64,000 nt of DNA from positions 301,844-365,843 of the forward strand of contig CAWEMM010000011.1 in the NCBI GenBank assembly GCA_963810095.1, written 5' to 3'. Positions 30,401-41,200 of this stretch are shown in pieces. Source of the stretch: an uncultured Chloroflexia bacterium (GTDB lineage Bacteria > Chloroflexota > Anaerolineae > CG2-30-64-16). The notes beneath the pieces are model-generated. The model worked only from the letters and a program-made list of their open reading frames with translations. It did not search any database and had not been told where the DNA came from. Position numbers and translations under genes: made by a program. Every line of letters starts with the position of its first letter. Position 1 is the first letter of the stretch.

Positions 30401-33400
30401 GCCGACACAGTCCGTTACGCTCTTGCTGGCAGTCTGCTTCGTCTCGGTGATAGTCGCGGTGTTGTCGTACGTCTTGCAGGTGCCCCCGACCCCCGCAAAT
30501 CGTTACTGTAGGTGAACGACTTGAAGTCAAAGGGCGCAGCGTCGGTGGCCGTAACAGTGCCCAGGTCGCCGTCTAACTGTCGGTCACAGTGACGGTCTTG
30601 TTGGTCGAGCCTGCCTGCGTAAGGTAAACGCGGCGCTGCCCGAGGCCGAGCCAGTCGGCGTGAAGTAGGTTGCCGTGGCCCATGTCGCCGTAGCCGTATT
30701 GGTCCCGCTATAGCTCGCGGCTGCCGTGGCGTAACGTGCAGGTGTAGTTCACGCTCAACCGACCCGCCCTTCAGGCACCACGTCGGCGCCACCGGTCACC
30801 GTACAGGCGCCGCCGTTGTGGGCAGCATCCTCAGACTCGCAGCGTGATGTCTTCCCAGTCGTTCGGGTTGCTGACCGTGATCTTGCCCGTCACATCCAGC
30901 CGCTGTCGGTGATCCATTGTCTGCGTCGACATTGACCGTGTAGTTGAAGTCGCCGTACCACCGCCCGCCGCGAATCTTACCAGCGTCGGTCCACACCCTT
31001 GCTGATCTCCCAGGTACGTCCGGTTGAACGTCCCAGCAGCCGTCTTCGTGACGGTCGAGGTCCTTGCCCACGCACAGCGTCACGGTCTTGCTTGGCGAGT
31101 CTGTTTGCCGTGTCTGGTGATCGTCGCCGTGTTGTCGTACTCGTGCAGGTGCCCGCCAGGACCGTTGAAGGTCCGGGCGTAGGTGAACGTGCCTTGGAAA
31201 TGGCGCGGGTCAGTGCGGTCACAGTGCCAAGATCGCCGCCATACGAGTCGGTGACATGCCACACTTGTCGTCCACCCGGCTGGCTCGGTGTACGAAGCCC
31301 TCCGTGCCAGTGGCCGTATCAGTCGGGCGTGAAGTAGTACCCTTATCCCAGGTCGGCCGTGGCCGTATTCGTGCCGCTGTAGCTCCGGCCGTGAACGTGC
31401 AGGTGTAGTGGCACTGCTCAACCGCTCGCCGGCATGCTCACGCCCGACCCACCGGTCACTGCACAGGTGCCGCCGTGGGGCGGCGTCCTCACAGTCGCAG
31501 TGATCGTCTTCCCAGTCGTTCGGGTTGCTGACCGTGATCGTGCCGGTCACATACCAGCCACTGTCGGTGTCCATTATCGTGCGTCGACGTTGACAGTGTA
31601 GTTGAAGTTACCGAACCACCGCCCGCCGATCTTACCATCGTCTGTCCACACCCTTGGTGATGTCCCAGGCAATGTGCGGGTGAAGGTCGGAGCAGCCGTC
31701 TTGGTAACGGTGAGATCCGCACCCTGGCAGTCCGTGACTTTCTGGCTTGCCAGTCAGTTGTGCCAGTGTCATTGTTGGTGAAGGAGGCCGTGTTCGGGTG
31801 GCTCGTGCAGGTGCCCGCCGGATCGTTGAAGGTCGAGCGAGTACTTGAACTCTTCGGGCTCGGGTCAGTGCAGGCCACAGTGCCAAGATCACCGGGTATA
31901 GACTGGATCGGTCTTGACATCCACACCGTGATCGTCTATGTTCGTGTCGGTGTGACGAAGCTGACGGCTGCCGTGCCAGTGGCCGGACCAGTCGGGGTGA
32001 AGTAGGCCGCTTTGTCCCAGGTTACGGTCGCCGTGGCGGTATTGGTGCCGTTGCCCCGCCGTGAACGTGCAGGTGTAGGGCAGCTCAACCGAGCCCTTCT
32101 GCGGCAACGACATAGGCGCCGCCCCGGTCACGCGACAGGTGCCGCCCGATGGGGCGGCATCCGTGCCACGTCGCCGTCATGTCTTCCCAGTCGTTCGGGT
32201 TGCGACCGTGATCGTGCCGCCACGTACCAGCCACTGTCAGTTAGCCATCCGGCGTGACATTGACCGTGTAGTTGAAGATGGCCGGACCACCGCCGCTGTG
32301 CATTCTCAATCTTATTGTCGTCCACTCTCTTGGTGATACCCCAAGCGAATGTGCGGGTGAAGTACGGAACAGCCGTCTTCGCGACCGTCAGGTCCTTGCC
32401 GACACAGACCGTGACTTTCTGCGAGTCGGACTGATTGGTCTCCTCGATCATGGCCGTGTTGGTGTAGTCCGTGCACGTCCCCGCCACACCACTCTTGTCG
32501 AGCGAATAGGTGAAGATGTGCTCCCCGTCCGCCCAGTTCCAGGTGCCCAGCGTCACCGGGTTCGCGGGGTCGGTCTTGTCATCCACCACCGTGATGGTCT
32601 TGTTCGTCTCCGTCGGCGTTACCACGGAGAAGTCGACCGCTGCGGTGCCCGATGCCGATCCATTCGGCGTGAAGTAGGTCGCTTTCTCCCACGTGGCAGT
32701 CGCGGTGTTTGTGCCGGCCGCGGGATTCGGGGCCGCGGCGTAGGTGCAGGTGTAGTCGAGGACCACGCTGCTGTTCGCCGGCACCGTCACGTTCGTGCCG
32801 CCGGTCACGGAGCAGGAGCCCCCGTTATCGATGGCATCGGTCACATTCACTCCGGCGACGTCGAACCCATTCGGGTTGGCGACCGTGATCTTGCCGGCCA
32901 CCGCCCAGGCGCTATCTGTGTAGCCGTCCGGCGTCACCTTGACGGAGTAGTTGAACGTCGCCTTACCGCCGTCTGCAATGTTGATCTGAGTCTGGTCGAC
33001 ACTCTTGTCGATCTTCCAATTGTAGAGGCGGCTGAAGGACGCCACGGCGGTCTTGGTAACCGTCAGGTCCTTGTAGACCATCCGGGCATTGTGGAAAGTA
33101 CAGCTGGCGTTAGTGGCGCCGCCTGCGGCGGCAGCAACTGTGGCCGTAGCCGTACTCCCGCTGAAGGTGCAGTTGGTGCCAGAGCCCGAGACAAACGCAT
33201 AGCCGTCTAGCGCCGACTCGGTGATTGGCGTGTAGGTGCCGCTCTCCAAGCCGAGGAAGTCGACCGAGCTTTGCCCGGCAGGAACGCACTGCGTTACGTT
33301 GTAGCCATTCGGTCCGACAACCGTGAAGCACCACTGGTCAGGCGTGGCGCTGCCGCTGTCGACCACCTTCGTGACCGTTATCCTCGCCAGCTGGATGATC

Positions 33401-34380
33401 GCGCCTGGGTTGATGCCTCCGGTCTTGTCCGGGGAGGCGAGGCGCATTTGCAAACTCCCGCCCGGGTAGAAGCTGGAGCTGTGACCATAAGTGATCGAAA
33501 CAGGGTCTGTGTCGCCAGGTTTCGATAGTCGTCCGCCCCACAGTAGGTAGCGATCAGTGTTGCCGACGGCGTCAAACTTCACGATGACGAGCCGCTGCGT
33601 GCTCCCACAGGCGAAAGTGTTACCATCGAGGGTGCCGGATGAGGTACCAGTGTCGAAGACTTGAAGGACTGTCAGGCCAACTCCGCTAAACGCACCCGAC
33701 GTGCTGATGATAGTTCCACCAGCGTCTGCGTTTCTACTTGTGTTGAACGGCTGCAGCTGGGTATATCCGTATACAAGACCGTTGTTAGTACTGATCTCGT
33801 AGTCGCGGCACACCGGCGCGTACCACGGATTCCCGGTCGTCTGAACTGCATTCGCCTTCATCTCGATTCGGAACGGGACCGTCTCGCCTTCCTTGTAGTT
33901 TGAGTTGTTCTGGCCAAGCGTTCCAGTGACCCATCCCCCCGTATTCTTCGTCTCCCAGTTCGTGAGCGAGACGCTCGCAGGCAATGGACCATCCGTGAAG
34001 GTTGTGGTGGCTGTTCCGGACGGTCCCGCTGCCGTGACCGTATAGTTTGCCACGAACCACGTAGGTAGTTGGAACGGGTAGACGAATGTCCCGGCCGCAT
34101 CGGCCGTGACATCAGCGGTCAGGCTCCACGTCTGGTTGACGTCGTCGTTGACAAATATTCGCACGACTTCGCCTGCTTGCCAGCCCGCGCCTGTCAGAGT
34201 AACGATCGCACCCGGGGTATAGTCCGGCTGGTCCGTAACGATCGTGGGCGTCGCGCTGCCGCCTTCTTGTACCGCCGGCACGACGGCCACGGCGGCGGTG
34301 GCGGCGCTCAGCAACAGCGCCAGAACGATGAGGATGACGGAGAGAGGTTTGCCCATGTGGCCACTACTGCGGAATGGCAT
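27446..34380 (-). CDS. giant secreted repeat surface protein/adhesin (~2300 aa, many frameshifts)
   Basis: aaggagg RBS and signal peptide at 34380; six ~220-aa repeats marked by NPN(D/G)(W/F) near 29530, 30190, 30855, 31510, 32185, 32865; DUF11-like Ig repeats and a C-terminal beta-sandwich ending at 27446. Confidence 0.8.
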
Positions 34381-34950
34381 CTGATCCTCCTTGATCTGCT
34401 TGGGGCAACTACGCCGCCGGCACGTGCGCCAGCAGCAGGCAAGACAAGAAGAGTCAGGCAGCAGTGCGAATTGCGATGTCCCCTATCTCAATACCGAAAA
34501 AGACGTCACGCGGGCCGGCTCGAGAGTCCACAGGCACGACGGCCGCGTCACTCACCTGCAATGAAGCCGCCACAGCACCTCCTTCGCGTAACGGCTGCTG
34601 CCGCCCGCCACTATCGACAGCAGCCCCATCGCCCCCCTGGCTTGACCGTGCGCAGGAACATACCGCCAAAGTTCCCACTTCGATATCCACTTCACAAAGT
34701 AGCACTGTGACTAATCATTGTCAATTGACAAAAGCGCGTGTCTAACGCGTAATTCAACCCGCAAGCCGTAGGTAAAACCGCGTACCCCTCGCGCGCGTCA
34801 GAGTGCCACTGCCCATTCGGCGCCCGACCTGGATTCATGCGGAGATCGTGACGGCCGGATCAAACGCGCAGTTGTCGCCGGACCGCGCCGGTGGTATCAT
34901 CTGGCTGTCGTCGCACTCTTGCAACCGGCGACACATTGGTGGGAGAGGAT

Positions 34951-36729
34951 ATGTCGCCGCAACGCGTTCCACTCGTCGTCCATGTCACACATGAGGCCGG
35001 CGTCAAGCTCGGGGGCATCGGCGCGGTGCTCGACGGGTTCCTTGGCTCAGCCGCCTATAACGCCTCGGTTGCCCGAACCATCCTGGCGGGGCCCATTAAC
35101 ACCTTCGACACTGTCGAGATGGAGCGGCTGTTTGCCCCGGCAAACAAGCTGAAGGTCTGGTATTCCTCGCTCTACGGTTACGAGTGGAACGAAGGGCCCG
35201 AAGCCACGGTGGCCGCACTGCAGGCGATCGAACAGGCCATGAACGTGCGCTTTCTCTACGGCACACGGGTCGTCTCGGGGCGGGAGACCGAAATCCTGCT
35301 GGTCGACGCGGGCGCCATCGCCGCCAACGTCATCAACAGCTACAAGTTCTATCTCTGGCAGCGCTGGGGCCTGGACTGCGGCCGGTATGAGGGCAACTGG
35401 GAGTTCAGCTTCTTCCTCAACGCGGGCGAGCCCCTCTACGCCGCGCTCCAGGCCATTACCCAAGACATGCCGCCCGGCATCACCCGCTACCTCATTGCGC
35501 ACGAATGGCTGGGCCTGCCCGTGATCTTCAGCGCGCTGCTGCGCGACGACTGCTGCTACCGCACGGTCTTCTACGCGCACGAAGTCGCCACGGCTCGCCT
35601 GCTCGTCGAAGCCAACGGGGGGCACGACACCCGCTTCTACAACGCGCTGCGCCTCGGCCGGCTGCAAGGGGCCAGCCTGGACCAGGTCTTCGGCGACCAT
35701 TCGTGGTTCTACAAGCACGCGATGCTGCTGCGGGCGGGCGTCTGCGACCGCATTTTTGCCGTGGGCGATCCCACCGTGGACGAGCTGAGGTTTCTGGGCG
35801 GCGTCTTCTCGTCCGCGCCCGTCGATCTGGTGTACAACGGCGTGCCGGCCGCGTCCATCGATCTCGAGCAGAAGCTGAGGAGCCGGGCGTTGCTGCTGCA
35901 ATATGCCGAGAACCTGTACGGCTTCCGGCCCGACTATGTCTTCACCCACGTCACGCGCATGGTGGCCTCCAAGGCCCTGTGGCGCGACGTGCGGGTGCTC
36001 GAACACCTCGAATGGAACCTCGCCGCCCAGGGCAAGAGTGCCGTCGTCTTCGTCGTGTCCACCGCGTCGCCTAGCGGCCGGCGGCCGGAAGACGTGTACC
36101 GCTGGGAGGCCGAGTACGGCTGGCCGGTCAACCACCGCGGCGACAACAACGACCTAATCGACGACGAGAAGCACTTCTTCTTCAACGTGGTCGAGCCCTT
36201 TCACTGGGGCCGCCGCGCCGTCCGTATCTGCCTCGTCAACCAGTTCGGCTGGGAGCGGGGACTGTGCGGCAGCCGCATGCCCGAGCAGATGCGCTTCGCC
36301 GACCTCCGGGCCGGGACGGACCTGGAATTCGGGCAGTCCATCTACGAGCCATTCGGCATCGCCCAGGTCGAGCCGCTGGCCACGGGCGCGCTCTGCGTTC
36401 CGTCGAGCATCTGCGGATGCGTCGGTTTCGTCAGCCGGGCGAATGAGGGCGATATCCCGCCGAGCGTGATTGTGGGCGACTATGTCTTTATACCGCCCGA
36501 TTGGAAGATGTGGAGCCCGTGGGATGCACTGCGCATCGACCGCTCGGTGCGCGACGGCATCGAAGCGCGGCAAAGCTGGGAAGTGGCCCAGAAGATCGCG
36601 GAGCACCTTCCTAAGGGCGACGAGGATCGCGAGCGGCTGCTAACCGAGGGCTCCCGGGTGGCCCGGGGCATGCGCTGGGATGTCGTGGTCGAAGATTACT
36701 TCTTGCCGGCCCTGATGCGGGCGAGATGA
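34951..36729 (+). CDS. GT-B glycosyltransferase, glycogen-synthase-like
   Basis: HEAGVKLGGIGAVL (KxGG motif), AHEWLG, SIYEPFGIAQVEPL. Confidence 0.7.
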   Translation: MSPQRVPLVVHVTHEAGVKLGGIGAVLDGFLGSAAYNASVARTILAGPINTFDTVEMERLFAPANKLKVWYSSLYGYEWNEGPEATVAALQAIEQAMNVRFLYGTRVVSGRETEILLVDAGAIAANVINSYKFYLWQRWGLDCGRYEGNWEFSFFLNAGEPLYAALQAITQDMPPGITRYLIAHEWLGLPVIFSALLRDDCCYRTVFYAHEVATARLLVEANGGHDTRFYNALRLGRLQGASLDQVFGDHSWFYKHAMLLRAGVCDRIFAVGDPTVDELRFLGGVFSSAPVDLVYNGVPAASIDLEQKLRSRALLLQYAENLYGFRPDYVFTHVTRMVASKALWRDVRVLEHLEWNLAAQGKSAVVFVVSTASPSGRRPEDVYRWEAEYGWPVNHRGDNNDLIDDEKHFFFNVVEPFHWGRRAVRICLVNQFGWERGLCGSRMPEQMRFADLRAGTDLEFGQSIYEPFGIAQVEPLATGALCVPSSICGCVGFVSRANEGDIPPSVIVGDYVFIPPDWKMWSPWDALRIDRSVRDGIEARQSWEVAQKIAEHLPKGDEDRERLLTEGSRVARGMRWDVVVEDYFLPALMRAR

Positions 36730-36769
36730 CGTCGGGCTAGCCGCCGTTTGGCGAAGTCGGGGGTGGGCA

Positions 36770-37519
36770 ATGCGCAAGATCGCCGTGGCGCTCTCCAAAG
36801 GGGGCGTCGGGAAGACCACCACAGCGGTGAACCTGGCAGCCGGGTTGGCGCTGAGCGGCAGCCGGGTGCTGCTGGTGGATGTGGACACGCAGGGGCAAGC
36901 CGCCAAGCTGTTGGGCTGTGCGCCCGCGATCGGGCTGGCCGAGGTGGCCGGCGGCGAGGCAGCGCCGCAGCAGGCCGTCGTCACCGCCCGCGAGCGGCTT
37001 GACCTGCTGGGGGGCGGCCGCGGACTCGCCAGCCTCAAACGCCTGATTACCCGCAAAGACTTTGGCGGCGAGCAAACGCTGTCCGAGGCGCTGGCGCCCC
37101 TGGAAGGGGCCTACGACTTCGCCGTGCTGGACACCGCGCCCGGTTGGGACGCACTCTCGGTCAATGCCCTATTCTATGCGGACGAAGTGCTCTCGCCCGT
37201 GTCGCTCGAAGTGATGACCCTGCAAAGCCTCCTCGACTTCAACCAGAGCCTCGCCGCGGTGCAGCGCTACCACCCGGCGCTCACCTTGCGCTATATCCTC
37301 CCGACGTTTCTCGACCGCCGGGTGCGGAAGTCCGACGAAATCCTCAGCCAGTTGGCGGCTCACTTCGGCTCGCGGCTGTCCGCGCCGATCCGCTACAACG
37401 TGCGCCTGTCGGAGGCGCCCGGCTATGCGCAAACCATTTTCGAATTTGCCGCGCACTCGCCCGGCGCGGACGACTACCGCGCCCTGACAGAAAGGATCCT
37501 GAGCGATGGCGGATCGTAA
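36770..37519 (+). CDS. ParA/Soj/MinD-family ATPase
   Basis: KGGVGKTT deviant Walker A, VDVDTQG, LDTAPG, IRYNVRLSEAP. Confidence 0.9.
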   Translation: MRKIAVALSKGGVGKTTTAVNLAAGLALSGSRVLLVDVDTQGQAAKLLGCAPAIGLAEVAGGEAAPQQAVVTARERLDLLGGGRGLASLKRLITRKDFGGEQTLSEALAPLEGAYDFAVLDTAPGWDALSVNALFYADEVLSPVSLEVMTLQSLLDFNQSLAAVQRYHPALTLRYILPTFLDRRVRKSDEILSQLAAHFGSRLSAPIRYNVRLSEAPGYAQTIFEFAAHSPGADDYRALTERILSDGGS

Positions 37520-37922
37520 CCCATCACAGGAACGTAAGCACTCGCCCGACGTCCTGGCCGAGCTGCTCGGGACGGAACTGCCGGCGGCGCCCATGCCCGA
37601 TCTCGGGCCCCGGGCCGCGCCGCCTCGCACCGCCCGCGCGCAGCCGCCCGCCGACGCCAGGCCAAAAGTCGCGCCCAAGCCGGTCCTCGAGCCCGCGCCC
37701 GCCTGTTGGGAGACGGAGATCGTTACGCTGCAGGACCACAAGGGCTGGCGGCCGCGGTACGTCAACGGAGTCGAGGTGCCTAACTGGCTGACCGGGCCGC
37801 TCGTGCACGACTATCTCGCGACACGCGGCGCCGAGGGCTGGGAGGTTGCAGGGGCGTGTGCGGCCGGGCACTTCTACGGCGTGGCCGACGGCCTGCAGCT
37901 GTTTCTGAAGCGGCGCCGGTAA
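37506..37922 (+). CDS. small ParA-coupled protein (Pro/Ala linker plus DUF4177-like domain)
   Basis: Overlaps the parA stop; N-terminal DVLAELLG helix; C-terminal WE...LATRGAEGWEV...LFLKRR pattern. Confidence 0.65.
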   Translation: MADRNPSQERKHSPDVLAELLGTELPAAPMPDLGPRAAPPRTARAQPPADARPKVAPKPVLEPAPACWETEIVTLQDHKGWRPRYVNGVEVPNWLTGPLVHDYLATRGAEGWEVAGACAAGHFYGVADGLQLFLKRRR

Positions 37923-37937
37923 AGTCCCTGATCTACA

Positions 37938-38033
37938 AATAGGACACTGATGCAACGGATTGAACTGATCTGCACGGTCCTTCGGGAGAAAGATCGTGAT
38001 AATCAGTCCGATCCGTCCAATCAGTGTCCTGTT
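37938..38033. repeat. MITE/REP-like palindromic element (aataggacactgat family)
   Basis: aataggacactgat / atcagtgtcctgtt terminal IRs, between convergent genes. Confidence 0.8.
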
Positions 38034-38068
38034 TCGTCCCTTGTTGTCCAGCAGCGCCGCCTAGGTCT

Positions 38069-38836
38069 CTATTTCCGGTTCATCTCGTAGATCAGGCGCA
38101 GCCCATCCAGCGTCAGCCATGGGTCGACGTGCTGAATGACCGCCGTCTCACGCGCCACGACCTCGGCCAGGCCCCCGGTCGCGATGACTTTCATGTCGTC
38201 GCCCAACTCCTTGCGGAAGCGCGCGACGAGCCCCTCGACCAGTCCCACGTACCCGAAAAAGATGCCCGATTGCATGGCGGCCGCAGTGTTCGGCCCGATG
38301 GCACGTTGGGGCGCGGCGATCTCCACCCGGTAGAGCTTGGACGCCCGCGAGAAAAGTGCCTCTGCCGCAATGCCGATGCCCGGCGCGATCGCGCCGCCCA
38401 GGTAATCACCCTCCCGTGAGATCGCGTCGAAGGTGGTCGCGGTGCCGAAGTCGACCACGCACGCCGGCCCGCCGTACTTCACCTGGACTGCGGCGCAGTC
38501 GACCACCCGGTCCGCGCCCACCTCGCGCGGGTTCTCGTACCGGATGCGGACGCCGGTCTTAACGCCGGTGTCCACCACCAGCGCGTCGCGGTCCACGTAG
38601 TCGGCGCAAACGCGGCGGAATACGCCGGTAAGCGCCGGCACTACGCTGGCAATGGCTGCGCCGGTCACATCTGGGGGGGTGATCCCGCGATGCGCCATGA
38701 GTTGGACGAGCATAATGCCGTACTCGTCGGCCATCCGGTCGTGCACGGTCGCCAGGCGCCAGGTCGCGGCCAGCCGCTCGCCCTCGTACACGCCAAGGGT
38801 GATGTTGGTGTTACCGATGTCGATTGCGAGGAACAT
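38069..38836 (-). CDS. coaX: type III pantothenate kinase
   Basis: AIDIGNTN, EVGADR, VDFGTATT, GGAIAPG, IATGG. Confidence 0.95.
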   Translation of the reverse strand: MFLAIDIGNTNITLGVYEGERLAATWRLATVHDRMADEYGIMLVQLMAHRGITPPDVTGAAIASVVPALTGVFRRVCADYVDRDALVVDTGVKTGVRIRYENPREVGADRVVDCAAVQVKYGGPACVVDFGTATTFDAISREGDYLGGAIAPGIGIAAEALFSRASKLYRVEIAAPQRAIGPNTAAAMQSGIFFGYVGLVEGLVARFRKELGDDMKVIATGGLAEVVARETAVIQHVDPWLTLDGLRLIYEMNRK

Positions 38837-38912
38837 GGGGACTCCCGGACTTCTCGGGACCTCCGGGGCTGCGCCGCTTTGGTCGACGGTCGAACCCTGC
38901 GGAGGTCGGGGC

Positions 38913-39299
38913 TCAGCAGCACAACTCGCGCGCGATCTCGCCGTGGCGGGTTTCGAGGATATGGTTGTTCTCGCCCATCAGCAGCACGGTGGGCTCCCAG
39001 ACCTCGGGCAACGGTTCGTCGACCATGGCGTAGGCCATGATGATCACCTTGTGGCCGATCTCGACCAGGCGGGCGGCCGCGCCGTTCAACTCGATGGCGC
39101 CGCTGCCCGAGGGGCCCTCGATGACGTACGTCTCGAGCCGGTTGCCGTTATCGACGTCGACCACCTGGACGCGCTCGTACTCGTGGATGCCCGTGGCGGC
39201 CAACAGGTCCTTGTCGATGGTGATGGAACCGACGTAATGGATGTTGGCCGCGGTCACGGTGGCCCGGTGGATTTTCGCAAAGAGCAGGGTACGGATCAT
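38913..39299 (-). CDS. panD: aspartate 1-decarboxylase
   Basis: KIHRATVT, YVGSITID (Gly-Ser cleavage site), NGNRLETY, NGAAAR. Confidence 0.95.
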   Translation of the reverse strand: MIRTLLFAKIHRATVTAANIHYVGSITIDKDLLAATGIHEYERVQVVDVDNGNRLETYVIEGPSGSGAIELNGAAARLVEIGHKVIIMAYAMVDEPLPEVWEPTVLLMGENNHILETRHGEIARELCC

Positions 39300-39373
39300 T
39301 CTGACTCCAAGGTGTCGGATGCTAATGTCACGGTTGCCGAACTTACGAGTCCGGCAACCGTGACGCACATGCA

Positions 39374-40208
39374 CTAGGCCAAGAGGACATTATCGATCAG
39401 GCGGGCGCGGCCTACCCGCACGGCCATCGAGAGCAGGGCACCGCCGGCTGGCCTGGCCCAATTCGGCCAGCGTCACCGGGTCGGCTGCGCTCACATAGTC
39501 GACCTGAGCCAGCGGCTCTGCGCACAGCACGTCCAGCATAATTTCCTTCAGACGCTCGCCGTGCCGCTCGCCGGCGTCCCACGCCTCCCGCGCTGCCCCC
39601 AACGCGCGATGGAGCACGGGCGCTGCGGCCCGCTGCTCGGGCGTCAGGTAAATGTTGCGCGAGGACTTGGCGAGCCCGTCATGCTCGCGCACGATCGGGC
39701 AGACCACGACCTCAAGCGGGAAGTTCAGGTCGGCCACCATCTGCTTGATGACGACGACCTGCTGCGCGTCCTTCTGGCCGAAATAGGCCCGGTCGGGCTG
39801 GAACACATTGAACAGCTTGGCGACCACGGTCGCGACGCCGCGGAAGTGCGTGGGCCGGGCTGCGCCTTCCAGCGGCCGGCTCACCTCCTCGACCGTCACG
39901 TAGGTCTGAAAGCCGGCCGGATAGACTTCTTCGACCGGCGGCGTCCACACCAGGTCGACCCCGAGCTTCTCGAGCAGGCCGAGATCGCGCGCCAGGTCGC
40001 GCGGGTAGGCCGCCAGGTCCTCGGCCGGCCCGAACTGGGTCGGGTTGACGAAGATGGAGACCCCCACATGGTCGTTCTCCCGCCGGGCGGCCTCGACCAG
40101 CGCCAGGTGACCCTCGTGGAGGAACCCCATGGTGGGCACCAGGCCCCACGTTCCGCCGAGCTCCCGGCGAATGCGCCGGACTTCGTTGATTCTTTCGACG
40201 ACTTGCAT
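39374..40208 (-). CDS. panC: pantoate-beta-alanine ligase (frameshift near 39440)
   Basis: VPTMGFLHEGH, FVNPTQF, RPTHFRGV, FGQKDAQQ, GLAKSSRN; the shifted frame ends RLIDNVLLA. Confidence 0.93.
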
Positions 40209-40276
40209 GGCTGATCTTTCTCGTGGTACTGCAAGCATGGGTTCTTGCGAGAACCAATGCTTGCAGTACCAACGCA

Positions 40277-41196
40277 TTACAGCGCCCGCATCAGGCGCCA
40301 GACAACCTCGTTGGCGCCCGCGTGGACTCCAAGGCGCCGGCCCTCCGCAATCACAATCCCGTTGATGCTGTCGATCTCGGTCGGACGGCCGCGCTCGATG
40401 TCCTGCAGCATCGAAGACCGGTTCGCTGCCGTGCTCCGGCAAACGCCTTCGGTGTATGCCACGGGATCCTCGAACGGCAGCACAAGCCCGCGGGCCCGAG
40501 CCACGTTTGCCGCCTCTTCCGCCAGGCGGGCGAGCAGCCAGCGCCGGTCGGCCGAGGCCAAAAGCGCGCCGTTAGGCACCCGCCAGAGTGCGGTCAGGGA
40601 TTAATGGCCGCATTGACCACCGCCTTGCCCCACAGCCGCGCTTCGATGTCACTCCCGACCTCGGTCTCGAAGCCCGCGCGCTCGAACACTTCGGCGAGGG
40701 CCTCGATCCGCTCGGCGTTGTCCGGCGTCTGCCCCAAGTAGGTGGGGTTGTGGGCCACGTGACGCACCTCGCCCGGCGCCAGCAGCATTGCGCCGTTGTA
40801 CGTCACGCCGACGGCGGCGGAGCCCTCGCCCACCTCGTCGACCAGCGCCTGGTAGTTGTCCAGCCCGTTCTGCAGCGTCACCGCGAGCCCCTCAGTGGCA
40901 AGCAACTGGCGTGCCCACTCGGCAGCGCGCGGCGTTTGGTAGCTCTTGACGAGAATCAGCGCAATGTCGGCATAGCCACGCGGGGCATCCGGCGCCTCAA
41001 GATCTGCTGCCGAGCAGACCGGCACGTCGGCACGCCACAACCGGCCGTCCGGCTCGACCACGTGGACGCCGCTCTCGCGGATGGCGGCAATCCCCTCCGG
41101 CCAGCTCCCGAACATACAGACCTCGGCGTGGCCCGCCAGCCGTGCGGCGTAGATCGAAGCGAGCGCGCCCGTGCCAATGACTGCGATACGCATCAT
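40277..41196 (-). CDS. panE: 2-dehydropantoate 2-reductase (frameshift near 40595)
   Basis: IAVIGTGALA, VKSYQ, LQNGL, WGKAVVNAAINP, SSMLQD...TEIDSING. Confidence 0.92.
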
Positions 41197-41200
41197 GACC

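Noticed and set aside
36770-37519. Chromosomal or plasmid partition locus
   Set aside because: No parB, parS palindrome, replication initiator or origin-linked genes nearby.
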